Shown here piece by piece: positions 56,814 through 64,000 of a stretch of DNA of 64,000 bases (the stretch's first letter is position 1; every line of letters starts with the position of its first letter). Under the pieces are notes generated by a model. It saw only the letters and a program-made list of their open reading frames with translations. It was not told the DNA's origin and searched no databases. Both the position numbers and the translations under genes were made by a program. Location of the stretch: positions 25,048 to 89,047 of the forward strand of contig CAZSIF010000006.1 of assembly GCA_964607155.1 (NCBI GenBank), given 5' to 3'. Source of the DNA: an uncultured Oscillospiraceae bacterium (GTDB taxonomy: Bacteria > Bacillota > Clostridia > Christensenellales > CAG-314).

Positions 56814-59800
56814 TGACTAAACGTAAAGCTTTACTTATCGTATTGCTCGCCGTGCTGTTTTGCTCTGTCACTGCCTTGTACACGGCAAATGCGGTGTTCG
56901 CCGATACAATGGAAGGCGGCAAGGTATTTAGCACGCAAGCGGGCACCGTAGGATACAAAACGGTGCAATACGATCCCGATGACGAATCGGCAGGCAAGGG
57001 CTTGTTGCTGTATTCCTACGACAGCGGCTCGGTTGCCAACTTTTCGTTAAAGCAGACCGGTGCATTTAGCGCAAAGCTAAAGCCCGTCAAAAATCTTTTT
57101 GGCAACAAGGATTTATCGGCATTTTCGCTGATATTTACCGATATCCCCACAGGCGGCAGTTTTGCCGTTTCGGTAACCGATGGTAGCGTCTGCGTGGAAT
57201 ACGACGGACAAAAGGCAGGTATCTGTTACTATTGGAACGGTTGGAGCGCTGCAACGCCCTCGCCTATTACGGCGGAATTTAACTCAAATGGCATATTTAC
57301 GGAAATAAATCGCAATTCCGTTGTGGAGCTGCAATTCGATCCGCAAACGCTTACCGTTTCGGCTAAGCTTACGGACGGCAGTATTCACACCGTGTGGAGC
57401 TTTTCGTCGGAGTACAATGCAGGCAAGCAGTTAACAAACACACTGCAACCATTTACTTTCTACGAGGTTGCGTTGCGCTTTGATAGTGTTGCGGCTAACG
57501 GACGCGGCGATTTGCTTGTATATTCATTCGGCGGCTATTCCTTTGCTGAAAAAAACGTAGCTCGCGCCTCTGCAATCAATGTAATTTTCCCCGTCAAAGC
57601 AGTGGTGGGCAAGCAGTTCACTTTGCCGCAGGCTGAGGTGTACGACCCTATTGACGGCAAGCTTTCCTCCGAGGACGTAACCGTAGAGGTTTGCGATAAG
57701 GACAGCACAGTAGTCAACGACGGCTATGCATTCACGCCGCAATCGGCACAAAACTACTACATTTGCTACACTTATAGCAAGGGCAACGTAATGCAAAAGG
57801 CGTTTTACACGCTAACGGCGATAAACGAAAGCGATATTCAGTCCACTTTCTACTACGAAAGCGAGCTTAGCAACGGCGCCGTTGTCGGCTCGGGTGCAAG
57901 GGTATATATTCCCGTCGCTACTGTCGAAAGCTCTGTTGTAAGCGCAAGCCGTGTGGCAACAAAGGTGACTGTGTATAAGGACGGCAATGCCCTAACGGAG
58001 TACACAAACGTGGACAGCGGTTTTTATCTGCCCGTAACGGCAGGTGAATACGCTGTAAAATACACTGCGCAGGGCTTGGATTACGATATTTCCGAGCAAA
58101 TTGCATTCACGGCAACAAACGATATGCTTGCCGTAAACGTTCAACTCGATGAAGTGTACGACCTTGGCACAGAGCTACAACTTCCGCAAGCGGAAATTTA
58201 CGTTAACGGCAACCGCGTGGAAAATGTCGGCAGAGTGGTTTTCCCGTCGGGCAAGACGGACGGCTCGCAGACCGTTATTCTCGACGAGGAAGGTAAATAT
58301 ACGCTGGAATATGCGTACATGCTTGACGGCGTTCAGCAAGCTGTTACTCGTGAGATGCTTGTAAAACGTACCTACGCAAGCCTTTTTGGCGGTAGTTACG
58401 AGCAAATGAACGTCAACAACGAGCTTTCAGGCGTCAAGGTAACGCTTACAAACAATAAAACCGTTACCTTTAACAAAATCGTTGATTTGAACAAATACAG
58501 TTTCGATTCGTCGCTGGACGATCTGTCGCAAAACTTGCCGTTCATTCAAATTTACGCACAGCCGCAAACGCAAGGCGTAAGCGATATTGACAGTCTATTT
58601 GTAACTATAACCGACGCGCACGATTCGTCCAACTATCTTACGGTTCGTATGAAGCTTATTACCTACTTCCAAGACGGTACGCTTATCCGCGCAAAGGCAT
58701 CAAATCAAATGACATATGTCGGCTATAACTACGAGTTTACCACAACCGAGCTTGCAGTGCACTCGGCTGCATCTCACGAGGACGGCGGCTTCCAAAGCTA
58801 CTTTAACTTTACGCACAATCTAACTGGATCCGAGCTTGAACAAATCGGACTGCCGTTGTATTTCGATTATTCGTCGTCGCAGCTGTTTTCTCGTCCGGCA
58901 TGGCTCACGGGACATAAGGCGGAAGATGGTAACGACTACTCTGACTTGCAAGTGCCTTGGCTTGTGTACGACTTCGATGCAAGCGATCGTACGTTGCTTG
59001 CAGGCAATAAGCCGTGGCAGGGCTTCACCACCGGCGAGGTGTATATTTCGCTTTCCGGCAAGGGCATTTCCACAACGGCGGATTTCTTTGTTACCGGCAT
59101 TGACGGATACGACCTATCGGAACGTTACATTGAGGATAACGGCAATCCGCAAATAACGGTTGACGTGCCCGATGTTGGCGCACCCACTGCAAAAACCAAT
59201 GCGGCGTACAGAATTTTTGACTTTACCGCAACGGATGCGGAAACGTGCGTTGTTAAAACTGACGTTACGGTTACCATCAACGGCACATCTGTGGAAATTT
59301 TTGATGGTGACGACGGTTACAAATACTTCAAGCCGACCGTCCAAAACGGCAAATACACAATAACGTATACCGCAACGGACGCCTTTGGTAATACCTCGGC
59401 AGTGGCGGTGGACGTAATGGCACTGCGCAAGCTTGCGGCAATCGAGTTGGAAGTGGACGGCATAGCCGATTGCGTTTACGGGCAGACGGTCACGTTACCT
59501 ATACCGACGTATAGCGGCGGCTCTGGGTTACTAACGCTTTCCGTCAAGGTGCTGTGCGACGGAAAGGAAGTTCCCGTTGAGTACGGCGAGGTAGCAACAA
59601 GCGGTAACGGTACGCAATACACGGTGGAATACATCGTTACGGACTATGCAGGACAGGTTGCAACAAAGCAAATAAGCTTTAACGCAGTCAGGACGGATAA
59701 GCCCGTGTTCGACGAAAAAACAGTGGTACTTCCTACAGCGTTTATTGCGGGCGATATCTTTACGTTCGATAAATATACGGCAGTCTATTACGACGAGGCG

Positions 59801-61066
59801 CACAAAGCAACGCTCGTTATTGCCGGCATTAGCGTATCGGACGGCAAGGGCACGCGTACAATAGGCACCGACGGCAAGTATACGCCTGCCGTTTCGGATA
59901 GCGTTACCGATGCAACCGTCACGCTCACTTTCGAGCACGGCGGTAAGCAGGACGCGTACACATACGTTGTGCCTATTCAGGCGCCTCAAATGGGCGACGG
60001 ACAGTATCTAACAGGCTTCTTTACAGCAAAGAATGCAAGCGTCGTTGCAACGGATAAGGGTATCGAGTTTACCGCAGATGGCAACCAAATGTCTTTTGCG
60101 TTTGCTCGTGCAGTGCATTCTCGCCAGTTGATTTTGCGCTTTGTCGCAGGTCAGGAGCAAATGGGTAACGGCACGTTTACGTTGACTCTTTCCGATACGC
60201 GCGATTGTAACGCCGTGCAGCAATTTACTTTTAGCTACGATAACGGCTATCGCGTAGCCGTCAACGGCGGCAAGTCCGTCAAAGTGAGCACCGATAACAA
60301 CGGATATCTGTATTTTGGCTATAACGCTGCGGATAACACCGTAACGGACGGCTTATCCAATGTTGTTGCAACCCTTTCGAGCACTGCAAACGGCAGACCG
60401 TTTAGCGGTTTTGCAAGCGGTAGCGTTTACGTTTCGGTTGAGGCAAGCGGTGTAAGCAAGCTGTATATCAATACAATTAATAACCAAAAAACCAACAACA
60501 CACCCATCGATAGCGCCACTCCGTACATGTTCGTTAACGGCGTGTTCGAGGGTAGAATACCGAGCAATACCGAAGTTGTAATTCCCTCTGCAGAGGCTTA
60601 CGATGTGCTTGGCATGATAGGCGATATTACCGTTACTGTGTACGGTCCGGATAACAGCGTGCTGCTTAGCGCGTCCGCAAGTTCGGAAAACAGAATAAGC
60701 GTTAGTGCGCTTGGCTCATACACGGTGGAATACCTTGTGCGCGATTCAAACAATAAAAAGAAGTCCGTTAAGGAATACTTTACTGTATACGATGCGTGCA
60801 AGCCCACACTCACATTTACAAGCGAGTTACAGCCTCGTGCATTGGTTGGCGCAAAGATAAAACTGCCAACGTATACCGTTTCCGATAACGACGACGTTGC
60901 CAACGTTAAGGTTGTTGTAACGGTGTTGTCGCCGGACGGAAGAGCAACCGCAGTTACTGACGAAAGCTACACCTTTGAACAAAAGGGGTGGTACACGGTG
61001 TGCTATTACGCGTACGACGCTAACAATAACTGTGCATTTTACTCGTTCAATATTCAAATAGTGTAA
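56813..61066 (+). CDS. 1417-aa secreted protein with alternating lectin-like jelly-roll and Ig-like (DUF5011/HYR-like) repeats
   Basis: Sec signal peptide (…ANAVFA/DT). At least 7 repeats end in the pattern Y.(V/I).Y.(A/V).D..GN (for example KYTITYTATDAFGN, QYTVEYIVTDYAGQ, WYTVCYYAYDANNN). The start overlaps the permease stop (TAATG). Confidence 0.7.
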   Translation: MTKRKALLIVLLAVLFCSVTALYTANAVFADTMEGGKVFSTQAGTVGYKTVQYDPDDESAGKGLLLYSYDSGSVANFSLKQTGAFSAKLKPVKNLFGNKDLSAFSLIFTDIPTGGSFAVSVTDGSVCVEYDGQKAGICYYWNGWSAATPSPITAEFNSNGIFTEINRNSVVELQFDPQTLTVSAKLTDGSIHTVWSFSSEYNAGKQLTNTLQPFTFYEVALRFDSVAANGRGDLLVYSFGGYSFAEKNVARASAINVIFPVKAVVGKQFTLPQAEVYDPIDGKLSSEDVTVEVCDKDSTVVNDGYAFTPQSAQNYYICYTYSKGNVMQKAFYTLTAINESDIQSTFYYESELSNGAVVGSGARVYIPVATVESSVVSASRVATKVTVYKDGNALTEYTNVDSGFYLPVTAGEYAVKYTAQGLDYDISEQIAFTATNDMLAVNVQLDEVYDLGTELQLPQAEIYVNGNRVENVGRVVFPSGKTDGSQTVILDEEGKYTLEYAYMLDGVQQAVTREMLVKRTYASLFGGSYEQMNVNNELSGVKVTLTNNKTVTFNKIVDLNKYSFDSSLDDLSQNLPFIQIYAQPQTQGVSDIDSLFVTITDAHDSSNYLTVRMKLITYFQDGTLIRAKASNQMTYVGYNYEFTTTELAVHSAASHEDGGFQSYFNFTHNLTGSELEQIGLPLYFDYSSSQLFSRPAWLTGHKAEDGNDYSDLQVPWLVYDFDASDRTLLAGNKPWQGFTTGEVYISLSGKGISTTADFFVTGIDGYDLSERYIEDNGNPQITVDVPDVGAPTAKTNAAYRIFDFTATDAETCVVKTDVTVTINGTSVEIFDGDDGYKYFKPTVQNGKYTITYTATDAFGNTSAVAVDVMALRKLAAIELEVDGIADCVYGQTVTLPIPTYSGGSGLLTLSVKVLCDGKEVPVEYGEVATSGNGTQYTVEYIVTDYAGQVATKQISFNAVRTDKPVFDEKTVVLPTAFIAGDIFTFDKYTAVYYDEAHKATLVIAGISVSDGKGTRTIGTDGKYTPAVSDSVTDATVTLTFEHGGKQDAYTYVVPIQAPQMGDGQYLTGFFTAKNASVVATDKGIEFTADGNQMSFAFARAVHSRQLILRFVAGQEQMGNGTFTLTLSDTRDCNAVQQFTFSYDNGYRVAVNGGKSVKVSTDNNGYLYFGYNAADNTVTDGLSNVVATLSSTANGRPFSGFASGSVYVSVEASGVSKLYINTINNQKTNNTPIDSATPYMFVNGVFEGRIPSNTEVVIPSAEAYDVLGMIGDITVTVYGPDNSVLLSASASSENRISVSALGSYTVEYLVRDSNNKKKSVKEYFTVYDACKPTLTFTSELQPRALVGAKIKLPTYTVSDNDDVANVKVVVTVLSPDGRATAVTDESYTFEQKGWYTVCYYAYDANNNCAFYSFNIQIV

Positions 61067-61078
61067 GGAGGTGCGAAA

Positions 61079-63058
61079 ATGACAAAGAAAATTGTTTCCA
61101 TTGTGGCGTTGCTTTTGTGCTGTGTGTTTATTTTTAGCGCATGTGCGCACAACGACAACCCAACTCCGGACGAAAACGTCATTCCGGACGCACCGTCCCA
61201 AAAAGTATATCCCAAAACGGATATTCCTTTCGTTTCCGACGGCGCAAGCAAGTATATAGTGCTTGTTGCCGCGGACGCGGATAGCAACGTGCGCTTCGCC
61301 GCAAACGAAATTCAGCTGTTTGTGGAAAAGGCAACCGGCGTAACGCTACCTATTGTCACAGAAGACGGCACAGCGGAGTATTCAGAAAACGATTACGTTA
61401 TCGCACTTGGCGATACGTCGCTGTTTACTCTTTCCGGACTCACGCTAACCGACGATATGGGGCAAACGGGTTATTACGCAAAGCGTATGGGTAATGCAGT
61501 TGTTCTCAATGCCAAGGATGGTAACGGCGTTGCTTCGGCTGTGTACGAGTTCCTGCGTCAAGCTATCGACCTCGAAGTGTACTCCGTGGACGAATTTGAT
61601 TACACCGTATCGGATAGAGTGATGCTGCCCGATATAGATGTCAAGTGCATTCCGTCCATCGACATACGCAGATTGCTGATTAAGTCTGTTTACCACGATT
61701 CGCAATACAATTTACGCGTTGGCTTTTATAATGACAACACTCCATACGGCATTTGGGCGGCGTTCGCACACACAACCATAACCGACTTTTTGCCGCTCGG
61801 CACCTACTACGACGAGCATCCGGATTGGTACGCGGCAGATAAATCGCAGGTGTGCTACGCCAACGACGAAATGCGTGCGGAAATGGTTAACGTTATCAAA
61901 CAACGTCTTACCAAAAACGACGAGGCGCTGTATATTCAAATCGGGCACGAGGATAATACCAACATGTGCACATGCTCCGAGTGTGTGGCAGAGCGCGAAA
62001 AATACGGCGGATATAGCGGACAAGAACTGAACTTTACTAACCTTGTCGCTCGCGAAGTGAACGAATGGTTGGAGGAGGCATACCACGGACGTACCGTTAA
62101 ATTTGTGTTCTTTGCTTATGGTTCCAACCAAAGCCCTCCCGTCAAAACACAAAAGGTGACGGAAAACGGCACGGAAAAGGAAATTGCCATTTTGGACGAA
62201 AACGGCAGGTACATTCCCTATTACGATGACCTTAAAGTTGAGGATAACGTTATGGTTATGTACGCTCCCGTGGACGCTGACTTTTCCAAAGGTTTTAGCG
62301 AAACGGAAAACAGCTATGCCTACGAACAAATCCGCGGTTGGCGCGATTTGTTCTTGCGTGAAGGTCGCGATGACGGTATTATCGTTTGGGCTTACACCAT
62401 TTATTGTTGGGGATATTTCGTTCCCTTCTATCAATTCGGTGCGAGCAAGGCGCAGTACGAGTTTTACGACGAGTTGGGCGTTTCGTACGTTATGGATCAG
62501 GGACAATACGATAGCAATACGCCCTGCTTTGAGGCGTTGCGCATCTACACGATGGCAAAGCTGATGCAGGATAGCTCGCTGGATTATAACGAACTTGCCT
62601 ACGACTTTATTGATCACTACTACGGAGCGGCGGCGGATACCTTTAAGCAGTATTTTGATTTCTTCCGTTCCTACTACAAGTTGCTCGATGCAACCTACGG
62701 TATCAACGGCACAATCAAGTTTAATATGAACGACCCCAACTTTTGGCCGACAGGCATAGTCGATCAAATGTTGGAGTATTTGGATAAATGTTTGCAGGAT
62801 ATCGAGCCGTTAAAGCAAACGGATTACGAGCGGTGGTCGGTGCTTAACGACCGCATTCGTCGCGAAAGGCTTACGCCTATTTATCTGATGTTCACCCTAC
62901 ACGTCAACGAAATTCCGCTTGACGTCCGCGAGGAGTATTACAACGACATGGCTTACTACACCAAAAAATATGAGATTTTGGAAACGGGCGAGGGAGCGAT
63001 GGATATCGACCTTATGCTCGAGCAATGGTATTCGCAGCTGTTTGGAGGTAACGCATAA
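61079..63058 (+). CDS. DUF4838-like lipoprotein (GH20/GH67-related fold family, function unknown)
   Basis: Lipobox FSAC. The N-terminal pattern KYIVLVAADADSNVRFAANEIQLFVEKATGVTLPIV...VIALGD and the central CTCSEC motif match my recollection of DUF4838 proteins. Confidence 0.55.
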   Translation: MTKKIVSIVALLLCCVFIFSACAHNDNPTPDENVIPDAPSQKVYPKTDIPFVSDGASKYIVLVAADADSNVRFAANEIQLFVEKATGVTLPIVTEDGTAEYSENDYVIALGDTSLFTLSGLTLTDDMGQTGYYAKRMGNAVVLNAKDGNGVASAVYEFLRQAIDLEVYSVDEFDYTVSDRVMLPDIDVKCIPSIDIRRLLIKSVYHDSQYNLRVGFYNDNTPYGIWAAFAHTTITDFLPLGTYYDEHPDWYAADKSQVCYANDEMRAEMVNVIKQRLTKNDEALYIQIGHEDNTNMCTCSECVAEREKYGGYSGQELNFTNLVAREVNEWLEEAYHGRTVKFVFFAYGSNQSPPVKTQKVTENGTEKEIAILDENGRYIPYYDDLKVEDNVMVMYAPVDADFSKGFSETENSYAYEQIRGWRDLFLREGRDDGIIVWAYTIYCWGYFVPFYQFGASKAQYEFYDELGVSYVMDQGQYDSNTPCFEALRIYTMAKLMQDSSLDYNELAYDFIDHYYGAAADTFKQYFDFFRSYYKLLDATYGINGTIKFNMNDPNFWPTGIVDQMLEYLDKCLQDIEPLKQTDYERWSVLNDRIRRERLTPIYLMFTLHVNEIPLDVREEYYNDMAYYTKKYEILETGEGAMDIDLMLEQWYSQLFGGNA

Positions 63059-64000
63059 TGCAAAAAAGATTTTTAATAATACTGCTGGCTGTCGTATTAG
63101 CGGTGTGCTCCTTTGCGGCGGTTGCTTGCAAGGAGGAACCCACTCCCGAACCCACACCGACACCGACGCCAACGCCAACACCCACTCCGGAGCCGACAGT
63201 ACTAACGTTGGATAAAACCTCGCTTAGGCTTTACGATGGCTCCGGCGCAGTGCTAACTGCAACAGTATCGGACGGCTCGCGTGTAACCTATTCGTCGGAT
63301 AACGCAAGCGTGGCTTCTGTTTCGTCGCGCGGCGAAGTGCTTGCTAAATCGGTTGGCACTGCGGTTATAACAGCAAAGGCGGGCACTGCAACGGCAACTT
63401 GCGCAGTGGAAGTGGTTGCGGAAACCGCTAATGCCGCAACATTCTATCTGCCCACAGGGCCGATAAAGCTTTCTCTTGCGGAATACGGTGATTACAGTCC
63501 GAGCTACGAGCGTGATCAATATGTAACGCTTGCAGACGGTACAATCGATTCCGTTCCGGAGACTGTTTCTTCCGATAACGCAATATGCACCGTGGATGAA
63601 AACGGCAAAATTACAGCCAACAAGGCAGGCACGGCAACAGTCACGGTAACGTTAGGCGGCTATTCTGCAAGCGTGGATGTGAGCGTGTACACCATGTGCG
63701 TCTACGATGCCGCAAGCTGGCTGGATATGATAAACAACCACCTTAATCAAAGGGAAAATCGCTATCTCGTAACGGACGATATTGATATGTCCGGCTTCGA
63801 TTATAAAACAAAATCCATGTGGTTGAACGAAATTTCTGCCTTTACCGGCGAGTTGGACGGCAACGGTCATACCGTATCCAATATCACTTGGATAGATCCA
63901 AGCTTTGAGCAATCCGTTTTCGGCATCACGTCGAGCGTGTACATCCACGACTTGTCACTTGTAAACGTTACATTTACCGGTGATAGCTCCAACACTAACA
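63058..64000 (+). CDS. Lipoprotein with a Pro/Thr linker and two Big_2 Ig-like domains (3' end outside the window)
   Basis: This ORF is absent from the ORF track because it has no stop in the window. My translation is MQKRFLIILLAVVLAVCSFAAVAC/KEEPTPEPTPTPTPTPTPTPEPT, then two ...SSDNA..(A/C)(S/T)V...G.(V/I).A...GTA.(I/V)T... modules, then FTGELDGNGHTVSNI. The start overlaps the previous stop (TAATG). Confidence 0.7.
   Translation, partial: MQKRFLIILLAVVLAVCSFAAVACKEEPTPEPTPTPTPTPTPTPEPTVLTLDKTSLRLYDGSGAVLTATVSDGSRVTYSSDNASVASVSSRGEVLAKSVGTAVITAKAGTATATCAVEVVAETANAATFYLPTGPIKLSLAEYGDYSPSYERDQYVTLADGTIDSVPETVSSDNAICTVDENGKITANKAGTATVTVTLGGYSASVDVSVYTMCVYDAASWLDMINNHLNQRENRYLVTDDIDMSGFDYKTKSMWLNEISAFTGELDGNGHTVSNITWIDPSFEQSVFGITSSVYIHDLSLVNVTFTGDSSNTN

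Noticed and set aside
61712-62767. Long antisense ORFs opposite real genes: 351 aa opposite the DUF4838 gene; 45775..46524 and 46275..47051 opposite uvrB; 53331..54104 opposite the SBP gene; 19569..20222 opposite the TIR-LRR gene; and several opposite the GS-like gene.
   Set aside because: These are shadow ORFs of strongly supported genes on the other strand. They have no RBS or motif support.
1-64000. A search by eye for tRNA/rRNA/tmRNA genes, CRISPR arrays, IS elements, integrases, toxin-antitoxin pairs and classical defence operons.
   Set aside because: No T-loop or acceptor-like tRNA signatures stood out in the intergenic regions. I saw no regularly spaced repeats and no transposase- or integrase-like ORFs. 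A proper tRNAscan, Infernal and ISfinder run is still needed to be sure.

Overview
This is a chromosomal, mostly housekeeping 64-kb segment from a Clostridia-type Firmicute. The lineage call rests on sporulation-lineage genes (yabP/yabQ, spoIIID, a divIC-like gene) and typical Firmicute gene pairs (rnr-smpB, lon-engB, uvrB-uvrA). Gene content in order: rnr (3' part), smpB, a P-loop kinase-like gene and cysS; yabPQ; a 1010-aa BspA-type LRR lipoprotein; prs; a ylmH-like gene; mrp; a divergent type III glutamine synthetase and a CofE-family ligase; nagB; a cyclodeaminase; a 1071-aa zinc-ribbon/TIR/transmembrane/LRR protein; a divIC-like gene; an acyltransferase; a DUF378 gene; tsaC(sua5)-rpiB; a complete nine-gene V/A-type ATPase operon (ntpF-I-K-E-C-G-A-B-D order); an orphan non-coding transcription unit; glyQS; a BI-1-like gene; spoIIID; a ttcA-like gene; lon; engB; a membrane protein plus coaX; and uvrBA. 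From 50.5 kb to the window end there is an AraC-associated glycan-utilisation operon: GH130, a lipoprotein SBP, two permeases, a 1417-aa secreted Ig/lectin-repeat protein, a DUF4838-like lipoprotein, and a Big_2 lipoprotein that runs off the window. I recognised no rRNA, tRNA, CRISPR array, transposase, integrase or prophage genes. Four observations deserve follow-up. (i) One polypeptide joins a TIR domain, membrane helices and a BspA-type LRR module, a Toll-like-receptor-like layout. (ii) Its promoter is a consensus TTGACT/TATAAT pair whose 17-bp spacer ends in a G9 run. A second promoter has a G13 run in the same position, and a third G/C9 run sits in the araC 3' end, which suggests slipped-strand phase variation. 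(iii) An orphan unit bounded by promoters and terminators (34.46-34.92 kb, minus strand) has no credible ORF. (iv) A roughly 45-nt hairpin motif with conserved flanks recurs at least four times: inside that orphan RNA, 3' of nagB, and twice between GH130 and the SBP gene. All functional calls come from reading translated motifs and the raw sequence. No database searches or folding programs were run.
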